Shown: positions 12,020 to 24,951 of the stretch, piece after piece | How the letters are laid out: each line of letters starts with the position of its first letter | Position numbering within the stretch: the stretch's first letter is position 1 | NCBI GenBank assembly: GCA_951406725.2 | Contig: OX597825.1 | Location: forward strand, 11,718,001 to 11,782,000 | Length of the DNA stretch: 64,000 nucleotides | From: Octopus vulgaris | Lineage: Eukaryota | Reading direction: 5' to 3' | Translations under genes and position numbers: made by a program | Notes under the pieces: generated by a model | Database searches by the model: none | Told to the model about the DNA's origin: nothing | What the model saw: the letters and a program-made list of their open reading frames with translations, nothing else

Positions 12020-14049
12020 TTTCAATAAATTATTAAATATGATAAAGATGAATAAAAGTGAGTTTTCTTTTAATTATCCAATTTTACTGAGGTAGATAGT
12101 TAATTTCCTCGGACCGAGGTAATTAACTAGTTAAAAAAACAAAACAAATCAGTTGCCCACGGTTCCACATAGTACGCCCGAACCTGGAACCATGTGGTTG
12201 GGAAGCAAGCATGTTATCACACAGTCACGCCTACTCCTCTTTACATGAATATTATTTTGTTGGCTAAGTCTAAATTGACGAGAGTAAATAACTCTGAGAG
12301 AACTTTGTGCTGCGTATTGTTAATTGTTTCTGGTTACATTGTATGAAGATTGAATAGATTATAGAGCTAATCCATTTGAGATAGATAAAGTATTCGAGCA
12401 TTTTCAATATGAGAAACTATCTATAAAAAACGCAGTTATGTTCAAATTAATACCGACTCTCAAATATCAGCGACAAAAAAGCTGAAACATTTTGATTTGT
12501 TATTTCGCCGTTTCAGAAATCTAAGAGTTCAATAGAACTCTTTTAAGAAACCTACTAAATATGATAATGATGTGAAAAGTTTAAAGTGTAATAATGTATT
12601 ACGCTTCTGTAAAATAAATGAATGGATAAATACCAAAGTGTATAGATTGAAAGATATAAACCAACAATAGACACAGGCAAATATATGAAGAGAGAGAGTA
12701 TTTTAGTTTTTGACTTCAGCAAATCTGTACATCTGAAATATATCTTTCGAGATTGTCGCCATTGTCCTTTAGTCCTTTTACAAAAACACTTAAACTGGCT
12801 TATTTCTATCAAATTGCTCCCCTCACATATACGTTCTTCGGTTTTATAGAGACGTCATAATCTCTATTAGAATGAATTTTTTGTTTAGTGAAAACTTAAC
12901 GCTGCATTTCATTAATGCTTGAAATGAACCTAAGAATATCACAGATAAGAAAACGGATGAGAAAATATAGAGTAACCCTTGTACAATATAGTCCTGATCA
13001 CTATAATACAGTTGTATTTCAGATGGATTTATTAAACCATGTTCGAGGAGATTGTGAAAAGTGTGGATTCAGTGCCGTTTCCTTTAGAAATATAGCTTTA
13101 TAAATACCAAACTGCTTTCCTGACATCTCACATAATCATTATAAGATAAAAAATTAGGAGGTTTAGCTACTTGGTTGTTTGTTCCCTGAGAATTAAAATT
13201 ATATGGCGAATCTATAACTTTATTCTACCATAATATTACTGTCATATCTATAACGGTTTGTTATATATCGTGATAAGTTTCATTCGTATAAACTTTCCTA
13301 TAGAAATTGCGACATTAAATGTACGATAACATAAAGAAATTTCATCTAGTCAACAGTTAATTGGCATGATACACGGGATTTAGTGTAACGTTGAACTGTC
13401 GATAAATATAACAAAGTAACCGTGAGAGTGGGAATATGTCATACAAATAATAGAATCTCAGTTTCATTATAGAAAGTAAGGAAAATACTTTCATGTTTGG
13501 ACATTGTTCAGTGTTCCAAAACATAACACTTGGTCAGTGGTGAACCAGACCGATGGTGGCCTTAGAATATATACAAAATATGGCACTTTATAAAAGAGAA
13601 ATAAAACTATCAGTTTTTTGTAAAACAATCGTGTTCAGACAAAACAAAAAGAGTAAAGTTTCTGATTGAAAACAAACGGGACGGAAGAACGATATTATTG
13701 CAAAATAGAACAGATAAGCATTATATACAAGGGATGTGTCTTTGAGCTGGTGACTGGGTTACACAAGAAAATGCTTAGATAGGGAAAATGATAGAACAAT
13801 GTTGGAGTTTATACAACCTAAGCAGAGGAATATTGGAAGTGTGTTGCCAGTGCAACACCTGCGAGGCAAAGAACAGCAGGAAAGAGTAGTGGATATCAGC
13901 AGGTAGGGGTAACATAAAAGGGAGTCAGAAAGAGGGAGAAAAGGTGATGATTGAGAAAGAGGGAATTAGTGAATGGTAGAAGAGGGAAAGTTACGACGAG
14001 AAAAAGATGCTGAGCGTGGCAGTAAGAGGTAGACAATCAATTATAAAAT

Positions 14050-14445
14050 AATCTTTCTGACCTAGACACAGGGCCCGAACGTTTGGGGGAGGGGGCCAGT
14101 CGAGTAGATCGAAACCAGTACACAACTGGTACTTAAATTATGGAGCACGAAAAAGAATGAAAGGCAAAGTCCACCACGGTGGAATTTGAACTAAGAACGT
14201 AAAGACAGACGAAATGCCTATTTCTTTACTGCCCACAGATGGGACAAACAAGGACAGACAAACGGATTAAGTCGATTATATCGACCCCAGTGGGTAACTG
14301 GTACTTAATTTATCAACCCCGAGAGGATGAAAGGCAAAGTCGACTTCGGCAGAATTTGAACTCAGAACGTAACGGCAGACGAAATAACGGCTGCGCATTT
14401 CGCCCGGCGTGCTAACTAATTAAGAAGCCGGCGAGCTGTCAGCCG
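14050..14445 (-). mobile_element. SINE family A dimer with its 5' tip inverted
   Basis: Two GAAAGGCAAAGTC..GAATTTGAACT..GAACGT units joined at GAAATGCCTATTTCTTTAC; head tip (G)CCGGCGAGCTGTCAG present in + orientation at about 14427-14442. Confidence 0.85.
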
Positions 14446-14672
14446 GCTTAATTATCATGAAATAATACGCCTGTACCGTAGAGTTGTAAATGAAATCAGG
14501 GTCATGAAAATCTAGCACGAGGACAAAAATATTCTCAGAGGTAATATAGGCATCTATATATATAGGTATCTAAGTAAAGTCTGGTGTACGATATTTTAAT
14601 TGGCCTCAGAAACACAAAATAATAGCCATCTTTATGTTTCTAATAAAACGGTCAAAGGGGAATCCTTCATAG

Positions 14673-14774
<102 letters not shown>

Positions 14775-15060
14775 GGTGCAGGAGTGGTTATGTGGTAAGT
14801 AGCTTGCTTACAAACCACACGGATATGGGTTCAATCCCACTGCATAGCATCTTGGGCAAGTGTCTTCTACTATAGCTTGTGAGTGGATTTGGTAGACCGA
14901 AACTGAAAGAAGCCTGTCGTATATATGTTTGTGTCATTGTTTGCCTCCCCCTGGCATCGCTTGATAAACCGATGTTGGTGTGTTTACGTATCCGTAACTT
15001 AGTGGTTCGGCAAAAAGACACCGATAGAATAAATACAAGGTTTACCAAATAATAAGTCTT
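14775..15060 (+). mobile_element. SINE family B, internally deleted and 3'-truncated
   Basis: GGTGCAGGAGTGGTTATGTGGTAAGTAGCTTG head directly after (TA)n. Confidence 0.85.
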
Positions 15061-15801
15061 CTCACACTCTGATCGAGTGCTACAGTGGTTGTTGAGATAT
15101 ATGGCGTGTCGTGGGGTGGGTGGAATTAAATAGATCTGGCGGAGCCCATCACCCTCCAAGTCTAATCACAGTCGAATTTTTTCACATGGCAAAACAACCG
15201 GTGATCGTTTGTTTACATTGTCATAAATTACTGATCCTGCAAATGGTGTCGATAGAAAAGTACTGAAATAATAAATACATAGGTCGATGTTTTCGACAAA
15301 ATCACTTCAATGTGTCTGTGGGTCTTTGTGTAAGTGTTTGGGCCCCCTCCACTTGTGTGTGTACGTCCTCGTGACTTAGCAGTACGGCAAAAGAAATCGT
15401 TGGAATAAGTATCAGGTTTTAAAAAGTTAATTAGTGGGGTCGATTCTCTCGACTAAATTTTGAAAAGTTGTGTCCATTAGTTCGACTGAAATTCGAAAGA
15501 ATGTTCTTTCAGCGATAACCATCATGTCCTCCTTTCTGACTTGTGTATCTAAAACTGTACCGTTATCAAAAGCGGTCTTTCGTTAAGAAGTGAGGGAGAT
15601 ATAACCGGCGTCTGAATATTCGACGCTATTATTTGAGGTAAGAAGCTGAGAGATCAACAAATCGTGAAACGGTTCGTGAAGAGTCTTATCTATTCTTTCC
15701 GTGCAGGAAAATATAAAAGCACTTGTTCACATTTTCTTTATCAACCACCACCAAAATTGATGCTGCTGATGCTGATGCTATATATATATATACATACATA
15801 T

Positions 15802-15875
<74 letters not shown>

Positions 15876-15937
15876 CCATACACACACACATATATAAATA
15901 CATACACACACACACACACATGTATATATATATATAG

Positions 15938-16127
15938 GGAGCAGAATTCACAAAAAAAAAGACGAAGACAGGTGGTGTAGAAAACAAACAGATGTATTAG
16001 TATAACGCTCGGGAATTGAAAAAAAGTCTTTAACGTTTCGAGCCTACGCTCTTCCATAGAAAGGAACACAGAAAGAAAGAAGGAGAGGAAAAATGTGTGT
16101 AGTGGCTACCGATCTATCATGGTGAAA
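15938..16127 (-). mobile_element. ~190-bp element in (TA)n with a degenerate hammerhead-like motif
   Basis: Minus strand CTTT CTATGGA A GAGC GTAG GCTC GAAAC GTT AAAG at 16028-16063; related to the 39267 element. Confidence 0.55.
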
Positions 16128-16136
16128 TATATATAT

Positions 16137-16183
<47 letters not shown>

Positions 16184-16255
16184 GAAGGGGGTTTGCAAGT
16201 TTGTGTGCGTTCGTTCGTGTGTGAGTTGAAGTAAGAGGCTGGTGGTATACAATCA

Positions 16256-16419
16256 GGCGCAGGAGTGGCTGTGTGGTAAGTAGCTTGTTTACCAAACACA
16301 TGTTTCCAGGTTCAGTCCCACTGCGTGGCACCTTGGAAAGTGTCTTCTACTATAGCCTCTGGCCAACCAAAGCCTTGTGAGTGAATTTGGTAGACGGAAA
16401 CTGAAACAAGCCCGTCGTA

Positions 16420-16479
<60 letters not shown>

Positions 16480-16709
16480 TGTGTGTGTTTGTGTGTCTGT
16501 GTTTGTCCCACTAGCATTGCTTGACAACCGATGCTGGTGAGTTTATGTCCCCGTTACTTAGCGGTTCGACAAAAAAGACCGATAGAATAAGAACTGGGCT
16601 CACAAAAAGAATAAGTCTCGGGGTCGAGTTGCTCGATTAAAAGGCGGTGCTCCAGCATGGCCGCGATCAGATGACTGAAACAAGTAAAAGAGTAAAGAGT
16701 AAAAGAGTA
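16256..16709 (+). mobile_element. SINE family B, full length
   Basis: GGCGCAGGAGTGGCTGTGTGGTAAG head, CACCTTGGAAAGTGTCTT (CORE-like), internal (TA)n, tail ending (GTAAAAGA)n. Confidence 0.92.
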
Positions 16710-17649
16710 ATCATATTTTTGCAAATTTTCAGGCAAGGTCTAAATAAATTCGTCTCCCTACAGAACGCACCATACAACATAGTTTAGATAATAAAGACAC
16801 GTGTTGTCTGCTACCTCTGTGAGAATATAATATAGAGCAGACTTTAGAACATATACAAATGAATTATGTTGGCCGCTTTGGGAAAACAGCTCTGAGAAAA
16901 CTGATGCTGCTCCCAATTAAATTATTTGCATCAGATATGTTGTATCTGTCAATTTCCATTACTTTTATTGTTTCCCAATTTAAAATAAAAATCATCTCAC
17001 TCACCACAGTAAGTTAACACTAACTCTTTAATTATATTTCTATGTCGTCTCCGTATTGCAATGAACCTCGGTTATACGTTTTACGAAACTCGTCCATTGC
17101 ATAGCTTTGAAACTGGTTTTGAATTTGGTATTTACCAGGCAAGTTTGAAAATAGAAGGAAAAGATCTTTAGACAGGGTCAGCGCTAAGTAAACCGTGTTA
17201 CATTCGAAATCTTCAATGTTTTTTTTTTCTGTTACTCACGGGATACCGCAGCGACAATGCAATGTTAGAGGTCAAATATATTCTAAACATATTTGCAATA
17301 TCGTTTGATCATCGCTATTAATGCCAGCTCGCTGCACTATGAGGTCAAATTTGGCTTTAGACATTTTGTTGTTCATAAATGAAGTACCGTCCTAATACAA
17401 GCGCAATTTACTCTTCTTTCAATCTCTCTCTCTCTCTATCTCTATCTCTCTTTCTCTTATTGTCTCACCATCTTTCAATTACGCTTTGTATTCGCAACAG
17501 TCTTATATATCACGGTAGTTTGCCCTGAGAAGTGTGTAAAGCTTGCAATTGTCTTGGGAAAGGAATGAATCGAGAACAGGGTTTTTGACATCGAACTAAT
17601 TGTGACCATAGTACATTTCGGCACTGAAGACAGAAATATCCGCATGCAA

Positions 17650-17704
<55 letters not shown>

Positions 17705-18097
17705 GCGGGAGATTACAGTATATTAATTGAACACAATGGATACAAATATTTGTTTTCTTTCCCCTTACACTTAATGAGAAAGGAGAGAAACATGAGGACG
17801 TCCTCTACCGTCTCTTCTCTTTGTGTAACTCCTTTTCATTATTATCAAAGTGAGAGGTAGCAAAATTCTTAGCACGCCAGACAAAATGCTTAGCGGCATT
17901 TCGTTCGTGGACTTTGCCTTTCACCATTTGGGAGTTAAGAAAATAATTACTTGCCTAGCCGTGGAACCGATTTAATTTGACAATTCCCCTTAACCAAAAT
18001 TGTTGACTTTTTTTCCAAAATTAGAAGGAGTTATTGTTTACGATATGAGGTAGCAAAATCTTTAGTATCCGGACCGAAGGTTTAATAGAATTATAAA

Positions 18098-18517
18098 GTG
18101 GCGAGCTGGCAGAAACGGTAGCATGCCGGGCGTAATGCTTAGCGGTATTTCGTCTGCCGCTACGTTTTTATTTCAAAATCCGCCGAGGTCGACTTTGCCT
18201 TTCATCCTTTCGGGGTCGATAAATTAAGTACCAGTTACGCACTGCACTGGGGTCGATGTAATCGACTTAATCCGGTTGTCTGTCTTTGTTTGTCCTCTCT
18301 GTGTTTAATCCTTTGTGGGTAGTAAAGAAATAGGTATTTTGCCCGTTGCTACGTTCTGGGTTCAAAATCCGCCGAGGTCGACTTTGCCTTTCATCCTTTC
18401 GGGGTCGATAAATTAAGTAACAGTTATGCACTGGGGTCGATGTAATCGACTTAATCCGTTTGTATGTCCTTGTTTCTCCTCTCTGTGTTTAGCCCCTTGT
18501 GGGTAGTAAAGAAATAG
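18098..18517 (+). mobile_element. SINE family A dimer (one head, two tandem bodies)
   Basis: GGCGAGCTGGCAGAAAC head; body with GCCTTTCATCCTTTCGGGGTCGATAAATTAAGTA (Nin/Deu-type domain) twice, joined at GTAAAGAAATAGGTATTT. Confidence 0.92.
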
Positions 18518-19185
18518 GTTTAACAGAATTTCTTCTCGCATTAAGTGACGCCAAGTAGACGGCGCATAAACGGCTGTGTCAGAACGTCTCACACTTCTAT
18601 CGAATACTTAGCCATTTATACTTTAAATTCACCAGTAGGAATTCAGTTGATAAAATAAATGAATACTCACGATTGAAGTATATATAGCATATACCTACAC
18701 CACATACATACTCGTGTGAGCTCGCACGCATATAATTATGTATGCGTAGTTACCAGTCGTTATTCTTCTGCTGGTATATCGATCTTCATATCAAGACATA
18801 TATATTAGAGTCAAGTCTATTATGTAGCACAGTGATTACAATCACTAATAGATTGACTGTCTACACTCAAGTGTATCGATATTTCCAATCAATATCTTTT
18901 GTGTTTCACCTGTCTCGACGTTAACCTATCATTTCACAAACAGTAAAGCACACACTTTCGATTGTTATGTATCATTTAGCTTGTGATAGAGTATACAATT
19001 AGACATAATTTTAATGCCGCAAATATACTAAATCTATGGATATGTGTAAACACTTTTATGAGAATTTACATATATCATAATTATTGCTTTTGTTAATTAA
19101 TTATCCAGCTATTTCCCATAATGACTGCGAGTGATTTTACCGTTTGATATTAAAAAAGAACACTTATATAGAAAATAAGGAGTAC

Positions 19186-19835
19186 CTGCAAGAAGTAATG
19201 TTTATCGCCACTTAATTAGGCTCTTCGGTTGGAACCGACGTCATTGCTATTTTTAACCCCAAGAGAACACCTCCTCCAACCAGCTGGAGGAGGCGTCCTC
19301 CAGGGGTCGAAAAGCAGTAACGTCGGTTCCTATGGAACAGCAGATTTTAAGTAGCGACAACCATTACTTCTCAGGATAGATACTGATTTCATCCTTTGTA
19401 GAGGTTTTCTAACAAGTTAATCTCCTTGTTCCAAGATCAGTGACCATGGGTCACTTGATTTCTATTAAATGCGAGTTGGAGTGGACTACTGCTATCTCTA
19501 GCAGACAAATCTCCACCACCGAAGATGGCTACAAAGAGGTCGAAATCGAAAACTCCACCACCGAAGATGACCAGATAGAGGTCGAAACCGTACGGTCTGC
19601 TGGTCTTGTGGCAGGATGATGGCAAGGATACACTTCCTGCTTGCAAAATATATCGAGTGCAGATTGTATCGAATAACTGACTGGAGCAGGCGTTCTCCTG
19701 GGGTCAAAATTAGCAATAACGTCGCTTCCCAAGGAGCAGCTATATTTAAGTGGAGATAACCATTAGTTCTCAGTATAGTTACTGATATAATTTCTTATAC
19801 AGATTTTCTAAGGCGTACCTCAGTTTCCCAGATAA
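19186..19835 (+). mobile_element. Penelope-like/retrozyme-like element: inverted arm plus a ~397-bp-period direct repeat enclosing tandem hammerhead-like motifs
   Basis: 19191-19278 is inverted against 19285-19371; the right arm recurs from 19681; HHR-like motifs at 19513-19548 (partial) and 19555-19603. Confidence 0.6.
19555..19603 (+). ncRNA. Type-I hammerhead-ribozyme-like motif (U4C variant)
   Basis: CCACCA CCGAAGA T GACC AGATAGA GGTC GAAAC CGTACG GTC TGCTGG; palindromic stem III ACCGTACGGT; GUC site. Confidence 0.65.
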
Positions 19836-20084
19836 CTCACTGAAAACGATAAGGTTTATCTGGCGAGATTTCAAAATCTGATGATGCGATTATCACTTAT
19901 TCCTCTCCCAACACCTTGCTTAATTACGAGCCAACAGGGTATCCTCCGCTCGACAATTCCTTCTACAAATATAGTAGACAAATCCTTTCAAATCGCACAA
20001 ACGTGTCCCTAAGTAATTGACTGGTATTTCATTTATGAACACAAAAGCTATGAAAGCCAAACATGTCCCCAGTAAGTTTTGTAA

Positions 20085-20410
20085 GTGAGGGCGCGTGGCT
20101 TAGTGGTTAGGGCATTCGGCTCATGATCGTAAGGTTGTGAGTTCGATTCCCGGCGACGCGTTGTGTCCTTGAGCAAGACACTTTATTTCACGTTGCTCCA
20201 GTCCACTCAGCTGGCAAAAATGAGTTGTACTTGTATTTCAAAGGGTCAGCCTTGTCACTCTCTGTGTCACGCTGATTATCCCCGAGAACTACGTTAAGGG
20301 TACACGTGTCTGTGGAATGCTCAGCCATTTGCACGTTAATTTCACGAGCAAGCTGTTCCGTTGATCGTATCAGCTGGGACCCTCGTCGTCGTAACCGGCG
20401 GAGTCTTTTT
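20085..20410 (+). mobile_element. tRNA-derived SINE (head H1, CORE/Meta-like body, tail T2) with 12-bp TSD
   Basis: A box TGGCTTAGTGG, B box GAGTTCGATTCC, GTGTCCTTGAGCAAGACAC; TSD TAAGTTTTGTAA at 20073-20084 and 20411-20422. Confidence 0.92.
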
Positions 20411-20484
20411 TAAGTTTTGTAATCATTGGACAAGAAGTCAAAAATGTCACCGCCGAAACAATCAAACTCTATATTGTCTGACGT

Positions 20485-20622
<138 letters not shown>

Positions 20623-20667
20623 TATATATTTATATTTATGTATGAGTGTGTGTGTGTATGTTTATAC

Positions 20668-20719
<52 letters not shown>

Positions 20720-20749
20720 TTATGTATGAGTGTGTGTGTGTGTATGTTT

Positions 20750-20793
<44 letters not shown>

Positions 20794-20887
20794 ATATAGG
20801 TACAATGTATATCTTATTTACTTACCTATCCTGTATGATTCTTAGTTTTAATCACGATATTTCAAAGTGTTGTAAGAAAACTATATA

Positions 20888-21089
20888 CAGCAATCCTTCG
20901 ACTATCGCGGGTGTTACGTTCTAAAACCTCCCACAGAAATAATTAAAACCTAGAAAGCTATAAATAATTATCGGTCGCAGAAACCCGTGATGTACTGAGG
21001 AGTTTGCGATATAAATTTACATATATTAGCCGGAAAAGTGTGTACTGTGTGTCCGATAGGTGCACCGCGATATGGCGAGGGATTTACTG
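20888..21089. mobile_element. Tc1/mariner-superfamily (pogo/Tigger-like) MITE
   Basis: TA|CAGCAATCCTTCGACTATCGCGG ... CCGCGATATGGCGAGGGATTTACTG|TA: imperfect TIRs and TA TSD. Confidence 0.8.
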
Positions 21090-22559
21090 TACGGGCATGA
21101 ATGAGAATGTTGTTAAGAATTTTATATCGCTGCTACATCGCTTTGGTTTCGATTCCTCTGGCTTGTTCTTTGGATAAGTGATACGAACTATCACTTCATA
21201 TCAAATAATACCTGAGGATCTCCGCTGGAGTCTGCGGACATGTCTTGTAAACCTGCATTACGACTTTCAGACGTCGGTAACATAAATACTGCAGTCAATG
21301 AAATCAACCAAGTCTACGAAGGTTGCACTTGAGCATGGCCACGCTCCAATGATTGAATCTGTAAGACAATATGATAAACGGAATATCTACCATGACGATG
21401 AAGTCGATTCTAAATTTTATCGTCTTCTCAAATTGCTGCAAGAATCTCCGAAACAGAACTTGTTTCAATTTGATTATTAGTACAATACAAATTAGATGCA
21501 AAACGTATTATATTTTAGGCTTTGTTTAAAAGAATAATTTCCTTGTTATTTTTGCACAGAGCATAGATAATTACAATTTGGAAAATTGTTTTTCAATCTC
21601 GGCAATATCACATTATTTTATCACTGGACATTTACCATTTTCTTCTTCTGCATTTAACCCACAGATTTAAATCTAAAACTCGATCTCCGGAAACTGGATG
21701 TACATCTCAATCTCATCCTACTAAACATTTAACTCCCCATCTATGAATGTATAATACTTTTTTTTTCCTAATAAACACATTAAGTGCTTTGCTTTCAAGT
21801 AATGCAAAACTTCGTGTTAATATTTTTGTTTTCACTTTTCCCTTTTCATGTCCTTTGTCCATTTCACGCATGCGCCTTCACGTACACTCACATACATAGG
21901 TATTTCAGTCTGAGTTTTACCCAACAACTAAATGCGTTTTCCACTTTATTATGCGAAATCAATCCAAATTTTATTACAGAGCCGAGGCATTTAGTTCAAT
22001 ATTAGATTGCTTTTCCATCTATCTTTGCCATTGTTACAATGTTCGTTACGGGATAGATTAAGAATAAATAAGAGAATGTCACTTTTTATTTTATATATTG
22101 TCAAACGTGTATAAAATGGAAATAGTAGTTGTACATTCACGGGTTAGTAAGTATGAATAGAAACTGGTAAATTAAAGCTAATGTAGTGTTACGAGGTGAG
22201 TTGCATTAACTTCAGCTTGGTTCTCTATAAGAAACGACGTATTACTGGTTTTGTTGCCTCTGCTAGCATCGGCGGCCAATGAAAAGATTTCTAAATAGGT
22301 GTGTCTACATTGTATAACTTGCTCAACTACTTGAAATGGTGAAAGCATATATTTTATTCTATTATCAAAATAATACATTGTTCTCTGTGTTCTTGAAATG
22401 AAGTAGTCAATAGAATTTTCGTCGTATTTTGTGTTGGGGAATCTTAGGAAATGCATTGATATGTCCCATGTCCCAGTAATCATTTGTTATTCAGTCAATC
22501 TAAATACAGTCGCTTGGAATTGATTAATTTACAATTTGTATAAAAAGAAGCGAAGGGAC

Positions 22560-23160
<601 letters not shown>

Positions 23161-23224
23161 TATAGTATCTGCAAAAGAAACTGGTGGTACAAAAATGGTT
23201 TGAAATTTTGGTATAAAGCATTCA

Positions 23225-23568
23225 ATTACAGTGAGGTGGATAAGTCAGTTACATCGACCCCAATGTTGAGCTGGTACTGTTGAGCTTTATCGAGTCCGTA
23301 ACGATGAAAGGTAAAATCAACCTCAACGGAATTTGAACTGGGAACGTAAAGACAGACGGAATACCGCTAATCATAACTGCTTAGCCGTATTTCGTCTGTC
23401 GTTACGTTCTGAGTTCAAATCCCGCCAAGGTCGACTTTGCCTTTCATCCTTTCGGGGTCGATAAATAAAGTACCAGTTTCGCACTGGGGTCGATGTAATT
23501 GACTTAATCCCTTTGTCTGTCCTTATTTGTCCCCTCTATATTTAGCTACTTGTGGGTGGTAAAGAAAT
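23225..23568. mobile_element. Head-to-head pair of 5'-truncated family A SINEs (minus about 23225-23374, plus 23378-23568)
   Basis: ...GGAATACCGCTAATCAT AAC TGCTTAGCCGTATTTCG...; both copies break at the same head position. Confidence 0.8.
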
Positions 23569-24653
23569 ATATCTACTCCTCATTACATGAGTAGCATTGG
23601 AGGCAAGGAATACATCCACTTTTTGACATCCGCCATGACATCCTTTTCGATTAGGCAGTAGAGTCGCCCACTATTCCACTTTAAGCTGGTTATACTAACT
23701 TGTCACATGTGTGTATGTGTGTGTGTTTAGTAGTATTGGACGATAGGCCATTATAGAAATTCAAATAATTCTCGGGTTCTTAAATAGGGGTAATATACCA
23801 CTATATAATTACGGGTATACATGGTAATTATCACGTATCACATGATGCATGTATGTTGAATGAAACTTTATATTGAATGTAATAGAAGGGGTTGTGACAA
23901 TTTGGAAATCTGTGGATAACAGAAACCACAAGACTCGTGGAAAGATAGAAAGACCGAACGAATAAATCTCTGTGTGAGAGTACATGTTTGTGTGTGTGTG
24001 CGTGTGCGCGTGTATGTGCATGCGAGCGCACGCGTGTGTGCGTGGCTGTAATTCACCGATACATAATTTAAAATAAGGGACCAAAATGAATTAAAATAAA
24101 TTCTGTAAACCAAATGAAATGCCAATTCGAATAAATATTTCATGAATCTCGCAGTTATTTGATTAGATTTGGGAGTTCACAGAAGGAAAGTGGAAGTCAA
24201 CTAGAGCAAACAGCGAATCCATTCTGGAATGTATTATAATTCACAATAAATATTCGAAATAACCTCGTATATTTGGATTGTGGAAGTTAACACAGAGCAT
24301 CAAATTTCCTGGAATTAACATTTATAAAATTTTATAATATATCACATCTGTGACTGTTAAAACGATCTCATCATACGACGAGATAAATCTCACCATGAAA
24401 TGAGACAGTAACGCAATTTCAATCCCCAGTTGGTTCTATTTGATTTCTCTTACTCTGCGCCAGTAAAAATTAATAAATTTTGCATAAGATCGATGGAACC
24501 CTCCCCAGCTACCCAATTAAAAGATTTACTTTGCGAATTATAGCGGAATATAGTGATATAGTATCATGCAATATACAGTAGATAGTAAAATGCTGTATAT
24601 ATTATATATATATATCCAGGCAATACTATTTTATTATTTATATTATTTACATC

Positions 24654-24951
24654 CTTAACCACTACGCCATATATGCCCACGGGCATATGGCGTAGTGGTT
24701 AAGAGCGCGGCCTACTAACCCCAATATTCCGAGTTCGATTCCAAGCAGCGACCTGAATAATAATAATAATAACAATAACACCGAAGAATAGCTTAGGAAT
24801 GAAGACCTAGGTTCGAAATTTCCTCAAGACACCCGAAGATGGCTGGAGGGTATATCAACCGAAAGTTGTGTTAACAATAAACAAGATGAGGACAAATATC
24901 CGTCAAATGTATCTAATGTACATAATTCCTCATCTCTTAAATATAGAACTG
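24654..24951 (+). mobile_element. tRNA-headed SINE-like element with hammerhead-like tail and inverted 5' duplication
   Basis: Head from 24681 with A box TGGCGTAGTGG and B box GAGTTCGATTCC; (AAT)n linker; ACAC CCGAAGA T GGCTG..CAACC GAAA GTT GTGT at 24829-24871; about 24654-24678 is an inverted copy of the head start. Confidence 0.7.

Noticed and set aside
13485-13555. Minus-strand CTGACCA..stem..GAAA motif
   Set aside because: Core altered and separated from the stem by 6 nt; too degenerate to call
22178-22483. 101 aa non-repetitive minus-strand ORF
   Set aside because: No recognisable domain or convincing splice context; length is within chance expectation for 64 kb
24681-24753. tRNA gene (also the SINE heads at 20085, 50534 and 54815)
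   Set aside because: A/B boxes are present but acceptor stems do not pair, and the heads continue into SINE bodies
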